Assembly (NCBI GenBank): GCA_965603825.1
Contig: CBFDEM010000011.1
Span: 372,001-436,000, forward strand
DNA: 64,000 bases
Direction of reading: 5' to 3'
Origin: Blepharisma stoltei ATCC 30299
Taxonomy: Eukaryota; Protista; Ciliophora
Shown: positions 34,404-46,577 of the stretch, in pieces
How the letters are laid out: each line of letters begins with the position of its first letter
Numbering within the stretch: the stretch's first letter is position 1
Made by a program: the position numbers and the translations under genes
The notes under the pieces: model-generated
What the model was told of the DNA's origin: nothing
Database searches by the model: none
Seen by the model: only the letters and a program-made list of their open reading frames with translations

Positions 34404-35414
34404 ATGCCCCTTTCAAATAATTTAAAGATGGATGACTGTTTATCATGCCCTATCTGCTTTGAGCCATATTCCTCTAACGCCAATATCCCTCTAATCCTAA
34501 TTTGTGGGCATACTTTATGCTCAAAATGTGCAGAAACCATTTACCGAACGACTCAATTAATCTGCCCTCAAGACCGTGTTTATGATTATCACAGCCCAGA
34601 CCAGCTCCCTCGAAATATCACTCTCCTCCAAATATTAGATCACAAGCCAATTAAACGGATAAACAACCCCTGCCAACTCCACCAAACCAAAAAAGTCAAA
34701 TTTTACTGCATTTCGCCTTGCAATATCGGATTCTGCTCTGGCTGTGTAATAACTCACCAGCACCACACATGGATTGATATCTTTTCAGCTGAGGCAAATG
34801 CCAGCTTCCAAAGGCACATTGAAGATTTATTTATAAAATATCGTGAAAAAGCAGACTATGCCAAATATGTAAAAAATAATTATGAAAATCAGCTGAATAT
34901 TGCTTTAGCAGATAGAGAATATTGCGAAAACTCTATTAGGAGAGATTTTGAGATTATTAGAAGTGTATTGCAGGATAAAGAAAAAGAACTGATTAATGAG
35001 GTCAAAAGTTCGGCGTTTAATGCAGAAATGAGTATTGAAGGAAAAATTATAGAGTTTGATGAGGTTTGTAAAGAAAAAGACAGGAAATTAAGGATTATTG
35101 AAAACGTTTTTAGAGAGTTAAATCAATATTCTGAAGTAGAAAAAATGCAAAAGTTGACAGAAATTCAGCTTTTGCTTGCAAATGAGATGAGTATCGAAAT
35201 TCCTGAGTATGTGGAAATTGCAAATTTTTCGAATATAAAGGCAAATGTGATAAAAAACTCTAAAGAAATAGAAAAAATTAGCTTAAGTATCAAGGCTTCA
35301 CAGAAAAAAAGCTGCTTCGAAAATGGAGATGATAAGCAGTCATTTAATCCATCAAATGAAAATTTAAGTTTGCCCCAAAAAAGAGTAAAGTCAGAAGTGT
35401 ATGAATTAACATAA
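34404..35414 (+). CDS. RING + B-box + coiled-coil (TRIM/RBCC-like) protein, 336 aa
   Basis: CPIC..CGHTLC..C..CPQD RING; CQLH..FYC..C..FCSGC..HQHH B-box; coiled coil. Confidence 0.85.
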   Translation: MPLSNNLKMDDCLSCPICFEPYSSNANIPLILICGHTLCSKCAETIYRTTQLICPQDRVYDYHSPDQLPRNITLLQILDHKPIKRINNPCQLHQTKKVKFYCISPCNIGFCSGCVITHQHHTWIDIFSAEANASFQRHIEDLFIKYREKADYAKYVKNNYENQLNIALADREYCENSIRRDFEIIRSVLQDKEKELINEVKSSAFNAEMSIEGKIIEFDEVCKEKDRKLRIIENVFRELNQYSEVEKMQKLTEIQLLLANEMSIEIPEYVEIANFSNIKANVIKNSKEIEKISLSIKASQKKSCFENGDDKQSFNPSNENLSLPQKRVKSEVYELT

Positions 35415-35455
35415 TTTAATTATGTATTTTTGAATCGTTTAAAAATTTTTTACAC

Positions 35456-35809
35456 TTAATAGTCTTTTGAATTGCTCGTAAAATGCACATCATGAGGCCA
35501 GGATTTTAGACTCGGATCACTTGATGTATCAGGCAAAGGAAGGCCTTCAATTGATTCTTTTTCTTCAAACTTAAACGGTTTTTGATTTTGGCTTCCAAAG
35601 GTTGGTGTTGGCAAGACTGGAAGAGAATTTTTATTAACGACTGAATCAGCTAACTTAAAAATTTCGCTTTCTGCAACTTTATTTGTCAGTGTGTCTTCTT
35701 CGAATTGGTTATCAAATCCATCACCTAGTGGCTCTTTTTGGTTTCTGCTGGATGGAGGATTGCTTAAAGAAAGGTCGCTTTCTACTGTTGATGCATGGCA
35801 GCATCCCAT
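35456..35809 (-). CDS. 117-aa disordered protein with MGCC dual-acylation N-terminus
   Basis: ATG-TAA ORF; MGCC motif. Confidence 0.7.
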   Translation of the reverse strand: MGCCHASTVESDLSLSNPPSSRNQKEPLGDGFDNQFEEDTLTNKVAESEIFKLADSVVNKNSLPVLPTPTFGSQNQKPFKFEEKESIEGLPLPDTSSDPSLKSWPHDVHFTSNSKDY

Positions 35810-35928
35810 TATAAATTATTTAATAAGAGTTATTGGGGTGCACGATTTTCATTGATTAAAAAAGTAAAAGAGATTTAGATGTTATAATTCACTGATCTTT
35901 CTGAGCTGAATATAAAACTAATACCAAA

Positions 35929-37080
35929 ATGGATAAAATAATGCTGCATTTTTTGGCTTTTATATTAGTTTCGCTAACAAGCAGCAGTGAAGTTTCTGTA
36001 GAAAACATTTTATCACAGCATAATATATGCACAGAACCTTTCAAAAAGAAATTTTCTGGTGAAGTTTTAGCTTTTTTAACACCTTGGAATTCTAAAGGAT
36101 ATGATTATGCTTTGAAATATTCTGCGAAAATTGACTATATTTCTCCTTGCTGATATCAATTAAACGTCTATACAGTTTATGGATACAAATTAGAATACGA
36201 TTTATTAGGAGAAGGTAATAAAACCTTTATAGAAGCCTCTAAAGACTTATTTAAAATTCTTCCACGAATAATTCTTGAAAATACCAATACAGATGATTAT
36301 AAAAAGCTGCTGGAAAGTGACGAAGATCAAGTAAATTTATCAGAGAAAATAAAAAATTTTATAATATCGAAAGGATTTGCAGGGGTGATGCTAGAAATGT
36401 GGACTCAAGGGAATGGGATTTTGAGAAATGCGGATCAGAAAGAATATTTAAGGTCATTTCAGGTGAGGTTAATACAAAAAATATGCAGGACAATGAAAGC
36501 TAATAATTTGATGTGCATGATAACAGTCCCAGCCCCAAGGCCAAATTACCGTGTTGAGTTTAGTATGGGAGAATTTTTAAAACTTAGCAAATTTGTCGAT
36601 AGATTTGCGTTAGTTTCATATGATTACAGCCAAATCTCTCCTGGGCCAAATAGCCCTGAAAATTGGATTAAAAGCTGCTATAAAGAATTAGTTGATCAAA
36701 TTGACCTAAGCGATTATGACGAAGAAGCTGCTGAATCAATGCATTTAAAATATATGAAACAGCTTATGCTAGGTGTTCCCTTTTATGGCTATGAATTTTC
36801 TCCTCTTGATAAGCCAAATCAATATACAAGACATTCTACTCGAGCCATAACAGGGAATGATTTTCTACAGCTTTTAGAGAAAAATAAAATGAGAGTTGAA
36901 TGAGAATCAGCCCATAATGAGCATAAATTCAGCTACAAAATAGGCAAAAACGAAATCATTGCATATTTTCCAACAAAAGAAATGATTGAATCGAGAGTAA
37001 AATTAGCAGAAAAATTAAAGACTGGAATTTCTATATGGGAACTAGGCCAAGGATTTGAGTATTTTTTTGAAGCTTTATAG
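35929..37080 (+). CDS. CHID1: Chitinase domain-containing protein 1 (GH18-like), about 383 aa, signal peptide, 2 in-frame TGA
   Basis: VLAFLTPWNSKGYD..ISPC[TGA]YQL, PGPNSP..W, GISIWELGQG..FF..L C-terminus. Confidence 0.88.
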
Positions 37081-37132
37081 AATCTTATGGATAATTATAA
37101 TTTTCTGATAAGTTTACTATAAATAAGTGATA

Positions 37133-38887
37133 TTAATTTAGGATTATTGCTAAAATGCCAAAAATAACGCTTATACTTACCCTGCTTCCAGATGCTCTAA
37201 ATGGATATAATACATCATCGGGTAAAATTTGTGATTTTAATCTAATAAGAGTATAAGGATCAAAATCCTTGTCATACTCGATATAATTAATCACAACAGT
37301 ATTCATAAAATATTGGTCGTCAGTGGTAATAGTTTTCATAAATGCCCAATTCGTAAACTCTTTTCTTTTTTGTGCATAAACTATTTTTGGCTGAGGATTT
37401 TTTATAGATCCAATTTCCGCTACCACAATATCATAAACCACCATGTTTGGAAGCAAGCAATCTCCTGTTTCTGAGTTTCAGCTTGTCGCTACTGTTTTAT
37501 TTGATGCATCTTTTATTTCTACTCAGTCGTCAATATTACTAGAAAGAGAATTTCCAAATTTCCCTACATGAGTAATATCATCAAAAATCGAAAAAATAGG
37601 CAATTTTTCATTATAAGTAGTGCAATAGCTTGAAAGAGCTGGATAGCTAAGAGGATAATAGCAAGAATACACAAAATCTTGCCTGAAATTTATTACAGGA
37701 GGATTAGAAGTTGTTTGGCTTGACGTTAAGCATTGTCCTGTTAATGAAGCTCCATACACAGGATACCCACTCGAATAAACATTTATTGTATTATCCGACT
37801 GCAACTTTCCTAATAATACAGGTTTTCCTACTATATACCCTGGATTTCCCGATTTCACAGTAACAGTTTCTTGTGTTTGGAAAGTTACTGAAAATTTTTG
37901 CTGAATATTAATAGTTTCAGTACCTGAGCATCCAGTCGTTCCAATATTTCCTACCACAAGATCAGCAGTTATTTTTAAAAAATATTGTTGTGATAAAGTT
38001 GTGAGCACTGTATAATGGGCTTCTAATAAAGCATTTGTGCATATACAGCTGCTATAAGTGGTAGAAACTGAGGTGCTGCTTGACGAAGTGTCAATGAGAG
38101 TATTGACGTCCCTTATTTTTATTGATCCTATTTGTATTGTATAAAGAGAGCTTGAGGCAAGATTTGAAGTATTGTAGACTTGGAGAAGGCTTGAGTATAA
38201 AGCAGCATTTAGTTCAGAAGTGCAATGAGTTGATAAAGTAGAAGCAAGGTATTGGCGATTACAAAATCCTGGAGATGAAGGCTCAAGTCATTTGACAAAA
38301 TTCATATCATTACAATATCCAAAACTGTCTGGACTTGGCAAACTCCACCTATTTCCAAATTGTGCCCAGCTGTTAGCTAATGAACCCATAAGATCTCCAG
38401 GGTTAAAATTACTTCTTGTAATTGTAGTCTGTGGAGAATACAATAAATCTGAATACTCCACATTATCAGTTATTTGCTGCTGTATTGTATCGGATGAAAT
38501 TGAGCTATCTGAGATTTTTTTATAATAAGTTCCAAAAGAAGCTGAGTTATCTTGATCCACACATAAAAGATTATTCATAATGTCAGATGTAGCTGATTTT
38601 ATTCCTCTTCTTGCTGAGTAAAAATAATTATCATTCGAACTAGGGCATTTAAGTGAGTAATATTTTGTAAATTTGCTGTTTAAGCATCGATTTGTGGATG
38701 GGTCTTCTGTGTCCCAGAGATCTTTTAAAGTTGAAGAGCAATCATCGTCACAGCAGCAAAATACATCACATGAATTAGCAGTGAGGTCACATACACATTT
38801 TCCTGGGTCAGTATCATCTTCTATATAATTGCTTTCATCTGCTGAACTCAAATATGCCGCCAACAAGAAAGTACATATTGCAAACAT
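37133..38887 (-). CDS. TCTN: Tectonic-family transition-zone protein, about 584 aa, 3 in-frame TGA
   Basis: Signal peptide; CVCDLTANSCDVFCCCDDDC; SGNPGYIVGKPV; LPDDVLYPF followed by a hydrophobic C-terminus. Confidence 0.9.
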
Positions 38888-39179
38888 TTTTTATAATTTA
38901 TTTGAATTAAATATTTATTTAAAAATAATAAATTACAAATTTTTGTGAAGGATCTATTATCATATTTTAATCATTTTTAATTTTGTCTTTATTTAAATTT
39001 GATAATTAATTTTATTTTCGAAAATGCTTATTGCTTGAGTAAATAAATACCAAACCTTTTAATATTAGAAATGTAAAATTAATAGACCTTGAAATCGGCA
39101 ATTGTGGCTGGTATAGTAAGAAACTTATATTTAAATTCTAAATTAATATAATAGTTTCATTTTGATTTATATATATAAA

Positions 39180-40610
39180 ATGGGTGGGAAGACAAGCATA
39201 TTCAGTATATGTAAAGGAATCCCCAAGCGCAAAAAATCCAAAAAGAAATCAACTCAAAACACTCCTCTCCTAATTGCGAACGCACTAGGCCCAACTGAGG
39301 ACAATATCGAAAACCCCAAAGGATACTTGTATTTTAGTAAAAAAGAGCAAAAATATTACGATTCTTTGCTAGTAAAAGAAGAAAAAACACCAGGAGAAAT
39401 CATCGCCCCTACAAATTGGCAAACAAGTGAAATGCTCGGCCAGGGTAGCTTTGGCCGCGTTTTGTTTGGCGCAAACATGGATACAGGCGAACTGATGGCA
39501 GTCAAACAGATCCCGATTGTTGGCTTTGAATATGAAACCGCCAACGAGAGGATTAAAGAGATCCAAGAAGAAGTTGACATTTTAAGTCAGCTGAAACACA
39601 AAAACATTGTTAGATACTTAGGAACTGAAAGAAACGACCAATTTCTGCATATTTTTCTTGAATATATTCCAGGAGGTTCTATTGCGTCCTTATTAGCCAA
39701 GTATGGAAAATTTAACGAAACTTTGATAAGGGTTTACACCAAACAAATTTTGGAAGGCCTTGAGTATTTGCATTATCATAAAATCATACATAGAGATATA
39801 AAAGGTGCAAATGTGCTGGTTGGCAGTGATGGAGTTTGCAAGTTGGCTGATTTTGGAGCTTCGAAAAGGATCATAGGATTATGTGACCAAACACAGTTCA
39901 AATCACTTAGAGGAACTGTAAATTGAATGGCTCCAGAAGTAATGAAAGAAGAGGGCCATGGACGATTTGCAGACGTTTGGAGCTTAGGCTGCTTAGTTGT
40001 AGAAATGGCAACTGGCAAGCCTCCATGGTTTTACAAAACAAACCCGATCGCTGTCTTCATGCACGTTTGCAGCACAAATAATCCTCCAGAGCTTCCAGAA
40101 GAGCTTTCTGAAGAATGTAAGGACTTTGTAAAAGAGTGCTTTCAAAGAGATCCCAGCAAGCGTGCCAACGTCTACAAATTATTAAGGCATCCTTTCATAG
40201 TAGGTACGACACAATATCCTCTTTATATGGGCCCAAGTAAGACTGACGATTTCTTATCAAACTCCACAAAATTTTCCTCAGATGATAACAAAGTAGCAGC
40301 ATTTTTATCAGGAAGTTTAGCAGAAAGTGTATTAAATGAAGAAATAAAAATTAAAGAAAAACCCACTGATGAAGGCAATTTAGACTATTGTGATCCTCAT
40401 CATAATGTAAAAGCGCCTTTTGATAGTATCATTACAATATCTAAATTCATTCCATTAGCCAAAGAAGAAAACGAAGAAATTATCTTAAGAAGGCCCAGTG
40501 ACTCTGGCAGTTCTGAAGAAAGTAAAATTTTTAATAACAATTCTGAAGTCTGCCGAGCTGAATTATCGTCATCTATTACTGTGAAAATTCACACTGTAAG
40601 AGTTGAATAA
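39180..40610 (+). CDS. STE11/MEKK (NPK1-like) MAP kinase kinase kinase, about 476 aa
   Basis: GQGSFG, MAVKQ, HRDIKGAN, DFG, GTVN[TGA]MAPE, DVWSLGC. Confidence 0.93.
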
Positions 40611-40778
40611 GAGGAGGATGCACAGATTGAGATTGAGAAAAATATTGTACTATTGTTCTAACAGTAACTAATATGTTAATTAAACCTTAAAAGCTTAATT
40701 CCAGTCTGCGAAACATTTTTATTGTGCTGAAGTTGGGCTATTAACTATATTACAATAATATTTCTTATAGAAAATTGA

Positions 40779-40797
40779 GCACTGGCATAGCCAGTGC
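40779..40797. repeat. Perfect GC-rich inverted repeat GCACTGGC-ATA-GCCAGTGC
   Basis: 8-bp stem, 3-nt loop, in an AT-rich spacer between convergent genes. Confidence 0.6.
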
Positions 40798-40856
40798 CTT
40801 AGATATCTAATATATAGTAAAAAAATCAAATTGATTAAAAATTATGTAGCAAGGTG

Positions 40857-41387
40857 TTAACGACGATGGGTTGATGGTCTTTGTAATACTGATTGCTCAT
40901 ATACTGAAAGCTTCTTTTTCATAATTTCTAATCGATTTGATTCATTTGATCTAGGAGGTTTTAAACCGCTTGACTTTGAAATTGTGGAGCTTGAGGTATC
41001 TGGACTCATAACTTTATATCGTCTGAGTCTACTGAGTGGAGATGCTAAAACCTGCTTTATCTGAGTAGGTGATTCTCGTGAATAAATCGAGTTAAGGACT
41101 TGATTTTTTGTTGTGGGTGTTATAAAGCTACGATCTTGCCTATTACTATAATCAATTATGCGCAAGTCACCATCGCTGCTTTTAATTATTTCCGCACTTT
41201 TTTCTTCAAAAATCTTCCTACTTGAATAATGAAATTCAGGCGAAGATTTTTTGATCCTCCTGTCAAAATGCTTTTTCTTGGAAAATCTGGAATTTGAATC
41301 TTTCAAAATATCTTGGGCAAGCTTGATAATTCCACTTCGCTTATCTTTAGTAGTGTTAAGGTAATGTTGAAGTTCATCACTAATCAT
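40857..41387 (-). CDS. Hypothetical basic Ser-rich protein, 176 aa
   Basis: ATG-TAA ORF. Confidence 0.7.
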   Translation of the reverse strand: MISDELQHYLNTTKDKRSGIIKLAQDILKDSNSRFSKKKHFDRRIKKSSPEFHYSSRKIFEEKSAEIIKSSDGDLRIIDYSNRQDRSFITPTTKNQVLNSIYSRESPTQIKQVLASPLSRLRRYKVMSPDTSSSTISKSSGLKPPRSNESNRLEIMKKKLSVYEQSVLQRPSTHRR

Positions 41388-41953
41388 AAATGAGTTATTT
41401 TAATTTAATATTAACAGTATTTGTAACAACTAATGAATTTTGCCTTCAAATTATATAAATGGAACAGCACTTCTTAGAGCTCTTATTATTATCAGCAAGT
41501 TCGTAAGTGAGGAAATATATATTAAAAATATAAATTTTATTTTTAAGATTCTTAGGCAAAGTAAAGGAAACAGTGTTTATGATAAAAAAAATATTTAATT
41601 AAATATGTTTTGGATTTTATAGGGTCCTTGTTTATATAATATAATCATATGTGGACATCTTTAGGAAAATCATATTCAATTTCACAATTAACTCAACAAG
41701 TTAGAATTAACAAGAAATGCTACAAAGCTGCACAAATGAAGAAAAATAAGCAAAACAATCAAGATTTGCAGGAGCAAAATAGCTCTAAAAGCTTTTAAGT
41801 GTATATTAAGATAAATACCAATAATGCAAAGACGAGACTCAGATATTTCTCTAGGGTAATTGCTAATTTAATTATGATATAATAAAAGTATCAAAAATCA
41901 ATTTAACCGAAATGAATAGAACATTTTAATTTAGCTTGTTGAAAATTAAATAT

Positions 41954-44242
41954 ATGGAGTCTACTGGGGATCTCAGCATAGGAGACTTTTACAATTACGA
42001 CCCTAAGCTGATGTCAATAGGAGTTACTTCAGAACGCTATACAGACAACAATGTAGTTGAGTACAAAGTTGAGCTTCAATTTGCGAACGTTGAGCATATT
42101 GTATATCGCAGATACAATCAGTTCAAATCTTTTCACAGCCTTCTTAAGTCAGCCTTTCCTAGACTAGATCTTCCAGCTTTTCCTTCAAAATTCACAATGA
42201 TCAACAAAACAGAACAAAGAAAGCGAGATTTTCACAATTATATGAATGGAATAATCGTATTATGTGCAAAATTCCCTCCAATGGCAAAAACTTCCCTCAT
42301 GAAAATTGTAGGAGAGTTCCTTGACATAAATGGGCAAGAAAAGAAAACTGAAGAAAGAGTGAAAAGTAGCAAAGACAACATAGTGGAATCTGCACAAATA
42401 TTCCCAAGCACAGGACATTATACAGGCGATATTGACGTGATTATTACAGAAGAGGACTGGATTACTTATTATGGCTCTATAATCAGAAACGACCTTTATC
42501 TTTTCCCCAAAGATAAGCCTGGAAGCTATTTTACCACAGTTATCAGCTGTTCTGGGGCTGTCATCAGAGAAAACGAGACTTTAAATGTACTGGAAATCCA
42601 CCATTCTCATCAGAGTAAGCCAATATTATTAAGACCGTCACCTAAGGACTATTCTGAATGAAAAAACCATTTGTTTATTATGGCATCGGCTAATCAAGAT
42701 TCACCTTTGACATCACAGAAAATCACAGTTGCAGGAAGACTTATGGTGAAGGTATGGAGTGGCCAAAATATTAGGGTTAATAAGCCTGCTTCAAGCTTAG
42801 TCAAGTCGCATGTATTTGTGAGGCTTTCGCTGAACCCTTTTTCATTTACAACATCTATATTGCCACAAGGAGATTTGGTGGATTGGGGACAGACGTTTAT
42901 AATGCCAATTGTGAATCGTTTTTTTGTATTAAAAATCGAAATTTGTTCGTTTTCATCAGAAGGCTGGCTTAAGCAGCATGCTAAAGAAGACCTTATTGAA
43001 GAGTTTAATATTCCTCTAATTGATATAAATCAATATCCCTACACAAATGGCCCAATTACTTTATATTTCAAAATGCAAGACCCAAAAAAGAAAAAAGCCT
43101 CTATAAGTGAAGACATGCCAGCTTATATTAATGTTGACATTATCCACCAAGCTGATTTTCTTTGCAATTTTTTACCTGTGCCACCACATTTTATAGAAGA
43201 TGAGCCAACCCCTACAAAAGCGACTATGAAACAATTAAAAATTGCTTCCAAAAGATCTAAAAGAGTCAGAATTCTTTATACTCGATCATTAAAAAAAATT
43301 TATCAAATGTTCTTATGGATTTACCCAAAATTTTCTGCAGTCTGTATGGCTTTATACATTATTTTAGCACTCTTTTTGCCCGGTCAATACGTTTTGCCAT
43401 TAATTATGTTGATTTTTTTGAGTTTTATTTTGATTAAAAATCCGAAACTCTCCCCATACTCTAAAAAATTTATTGATATAGTTTTTTCAGATTCCCAAAG
43501 AATCTGCAAACCTCCAAAGATCCAAACTATTAAGGAGACAGAGTTTGACACAAAAAGTGATGTAAGGATTTTTGAAATTGAAATAAAAGAAGGAGTTATG
43601 GATAAATGGAATAAATTTAAAATTGACCTTGTGGAGCTACAAATTTTATTAATGGAAATCAGCTGTTTTTTAGAAAAAATGAGAAATTTATTCTTATGGG
43701 AAGATCCTCAAAAGTCATCATATTTTTGTATAGGAGTTTTAATGGTAGCTTTTGTGCTTTATTGCATACCGTTTAGAGCTTTAGTACTTCTTTTAGGAGT
43801 TCACCGATTTTTAAAGGGAAAAAAATTCACAAAAAGGCGTATTGAGAATAACACAAAGATCTGTGAAGAAATTTTGAATTCTTTATTGTCACAGTATTTG
43901 AATAATTATGATTATTACAAAAATTATAAGACTGTCATATGGCCAATTGAATTAGTCACGAATGTGAATTTACAAAAGAAGATTGTGGAAGGGATACGAT
44001 CTAGGCTGAGTTTAGATGTAGATATCAAGATTTTTGAGGATTATACATCCCCAGAAGAATTGGCAGAAGCTTTAAGCTCAGTGGAAATAATGCTGAAGAT
44101 GAGAGATGCAAAAGGAAATTTGATATATGATCCTAGTAAATTTGAAAAGAAAAATTTCATTGCTGGATTTTTATCCAATATCCCAAGTGAATATTTCAGA
44201 TATTACCACCCTAGAGTTACTGGAATCGAAACATGCAATTAA
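41954..44242 (+). CDS. PX-PH-C2-transmembrane (MCTP/PRT_C-like) protein, about 762 aa
   Basis: PX: YRRYNQFKSFH..LPAFPSK; PH helix DYSE[TGA]KNHL; C2: GRLMVKVWSGQNI..WGQTF; TM hairpins LFLWEDPQKS..IPFRALVLL. Confidence 0.8.
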
Positions 44243-44293
44243 TCTATATTAACTTCTAAATTTATTTTAATAATAAATACCTTCAATTAAGCA

Positions 44294-44959
44294 TTAAGCA
44301 AATGAAATTGAAGACTGATCATAACAATTTTCAGGATTTTCTTTACGATCTAGAAATTCTTTTGAATTCTTTCTGCCTCTATTCACAATATATTTAGCTA
44401 CAGGCTTGTTCATCTCGATTTTTTCTTGGCTTCTTTCAGTTGTTATATGAGTCAAACTTATTTCACTTATTGTTGTGCTTCTCATGTTTTTAACAAAAAT
44501 TGCTAGTCTCATGTAATTAGTTGAAGTTCTCAGCAGCAATATAAACATTGACAAATATTCTTCCATATCAGCAAGTTTATCATTGAGTTTGAACCCAACA
44601 ACAATTCCTATAATGCTGACAACTGCCACAAAAATATCAATCGCATTTTCATAATCTTTTAAAAAAATTCAAAAACCCTGCATGAAAGCTCTAAAAAACA
44701 GCTCTAGGCTTATAGAGGCAATTAAAATAATTTCTAAAGCTATAAACCATCCTTCAATCGGATACATTCCGAAGTTGAATAGTGTCCAAATCACACAAGT
44801 AGCTGATAAGATTATCATAATGAAATAAAAAAATTTGCATGCAGGAGAATAGTACAAGCGAGACATCGCAGCTTTATATTGATTTTGGTAGCCTCCTGGA
44901 GATTGAGAAGAAATTGAAATTCTTGGAAAATACTCTTCAGATTGAAAATTCGTTTTCAT
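44294..44959 (-). CDS. Stand-alone voltage-sensor-like (S1-S4) membrane protein, about 221 aa
   Basis: Joined through TGA 44669-44671; S2 E..LELFFR, S3 NAIDIFV, S4 LLLRTSTNYMRL; no pore helices. Confidence 0.7.
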
Positions 44960-45167
44960 TTTTTTTGTATTCGTTTAGGCGGATAAGCTGATTTTTTAAC
45001 AGAATCCTATATAGCAATTTAAATAAGTCTTTGTGATTAATTAATAAAGAATAAATCTAAAGTTTCGGGTAATTAAATATATAAAAATTAAAAAAATATA
45101 GAAAATTCAAAATAAAAAAAATTAGGAAAATGATTTATTTGAATATTTATTTTCAATTTACGGCTTC

Positions 45168-46400
45168 TTAAGACATTTTATCTGAGATCACTGATTTTAG
45201 TGAGTGCAGATGATTAGTTTTGGCTTCCAAAGCAGCAGCTACAGAATTTAATTCTACTCCCAGCACACTCATATCTTCTTTCCCTTCTCTTCCCATCCTT
45301 AGCAAATCTTTATATCTATCATTTAAAATTTTTAAATCATTTTCAAGCATCGAAGCTTCCACAATTTGTGAATCTCCACGCCTTTGTGCAGGGAATGATG
45401 AATATTTTTCGCCTAAATCTGGTGTGAACTCTTTATTATTTGCAAACACTCGACTATTAGTTTTGCTCATTGTTGGCCTTCTTGACTTATTTTTCTTTCT
45501 AATAACGGCTAATAATTTTTCATTGATATCAGCGATTTCTTTTACAAAGATTTCTGATTGAGCGCTATATGAATTTTACTTTTGTTCAATAAGCGATGCT
45601 TTATTATCTTCAAGCTCAGTTATTTTAGCTTTCAAATTTGAATTTTCATCTCTTAATTTAATTAGTTCATTTTCTATTTTACTTGTGGATTCTTGCCATC
45701 TTACAGTTTCTTTTTCTATATCTCTAGCCTGCTGCTCTGCATAAATTTCTTTTAATTTTTTTTTGTCAGATTTTTGGAATTTAATTTCACTTTGGAGTTT
45801 CGTGATGATCGCTTTGGCATGGTCAAGCTCCTCCTTTGAAGTTTCTTTTAGTTTCATTCTCTCTTCTTTAAGCTCAACTATTTCTTTTTCTCTTGTTTGT
45901 AGTATGGTATTTAATTTATGAATTTCGCTATCTTTTAAAGCGCATTCATGCCGAGCATTTTCGAGCTCATGTTCAAGCTGATTTGTTTTAATTTGAAAAT
46001 TTCTAGAAAATTCATCTAAATCCCTTATTTTTTCTTTGATATTATTTTCTTCTATCCAAGCAGCCTTTTGTTTTTCATCAATTGTTTTTAAGAGTTCCTC
46101 TTTTTCTTTTAGATAGCTTGCCTTTAGATTTTCGTTATCCTTTTTTAAGATTTGGTTTTCTTTAAGGAGTTCTGTGGTCTTTTCGTTAAGACCTCTAATG
46201 CAATTTGCAACAGATCTAGAATAATTCAGCTTTGGGGACTCAAAACCGGAATTTATATTATTGTCTTCTCTGATGCTTCTGCAGCTAATTGACCCTTTTT
46301 CTTCTCGGATGGGAATGCTAGTTTTAGGATTGTGTATCAGAGGTCGGATTTTGTCCCATGATGACCTGTATCTATCCCTTATAGATTCAGCAAAGTCCAT
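45168..46400 (-). CDS. Coiled-coil protein, about 405 aa; intron 45565-45579
   Basis: Two ORFs fuse in frame after removing a 15-nt intron. Confidence 0.8.
45565..45579 (-). other. 15-nt intron GTAAAATTCATATAG
   Basis: GT..TAG, A10; removes in-frame TAA. Confidence 0.85.
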
Positions 46401-46577
46401 TAAAAACTAAATCAAATGCTTATCTTTTTTTAGAAATTTAGAAATAAAAATTTGTTGTAGTTAGAAAATAATATTGAGTAATTTGCTTCAGATTCTTATA
46501 AAGATTTAATTGTGCCGAATTAAGATATTTTTTAGTTTTAGAAGCAGTTTATTAACAATTTTTTAATTATTTAAATA

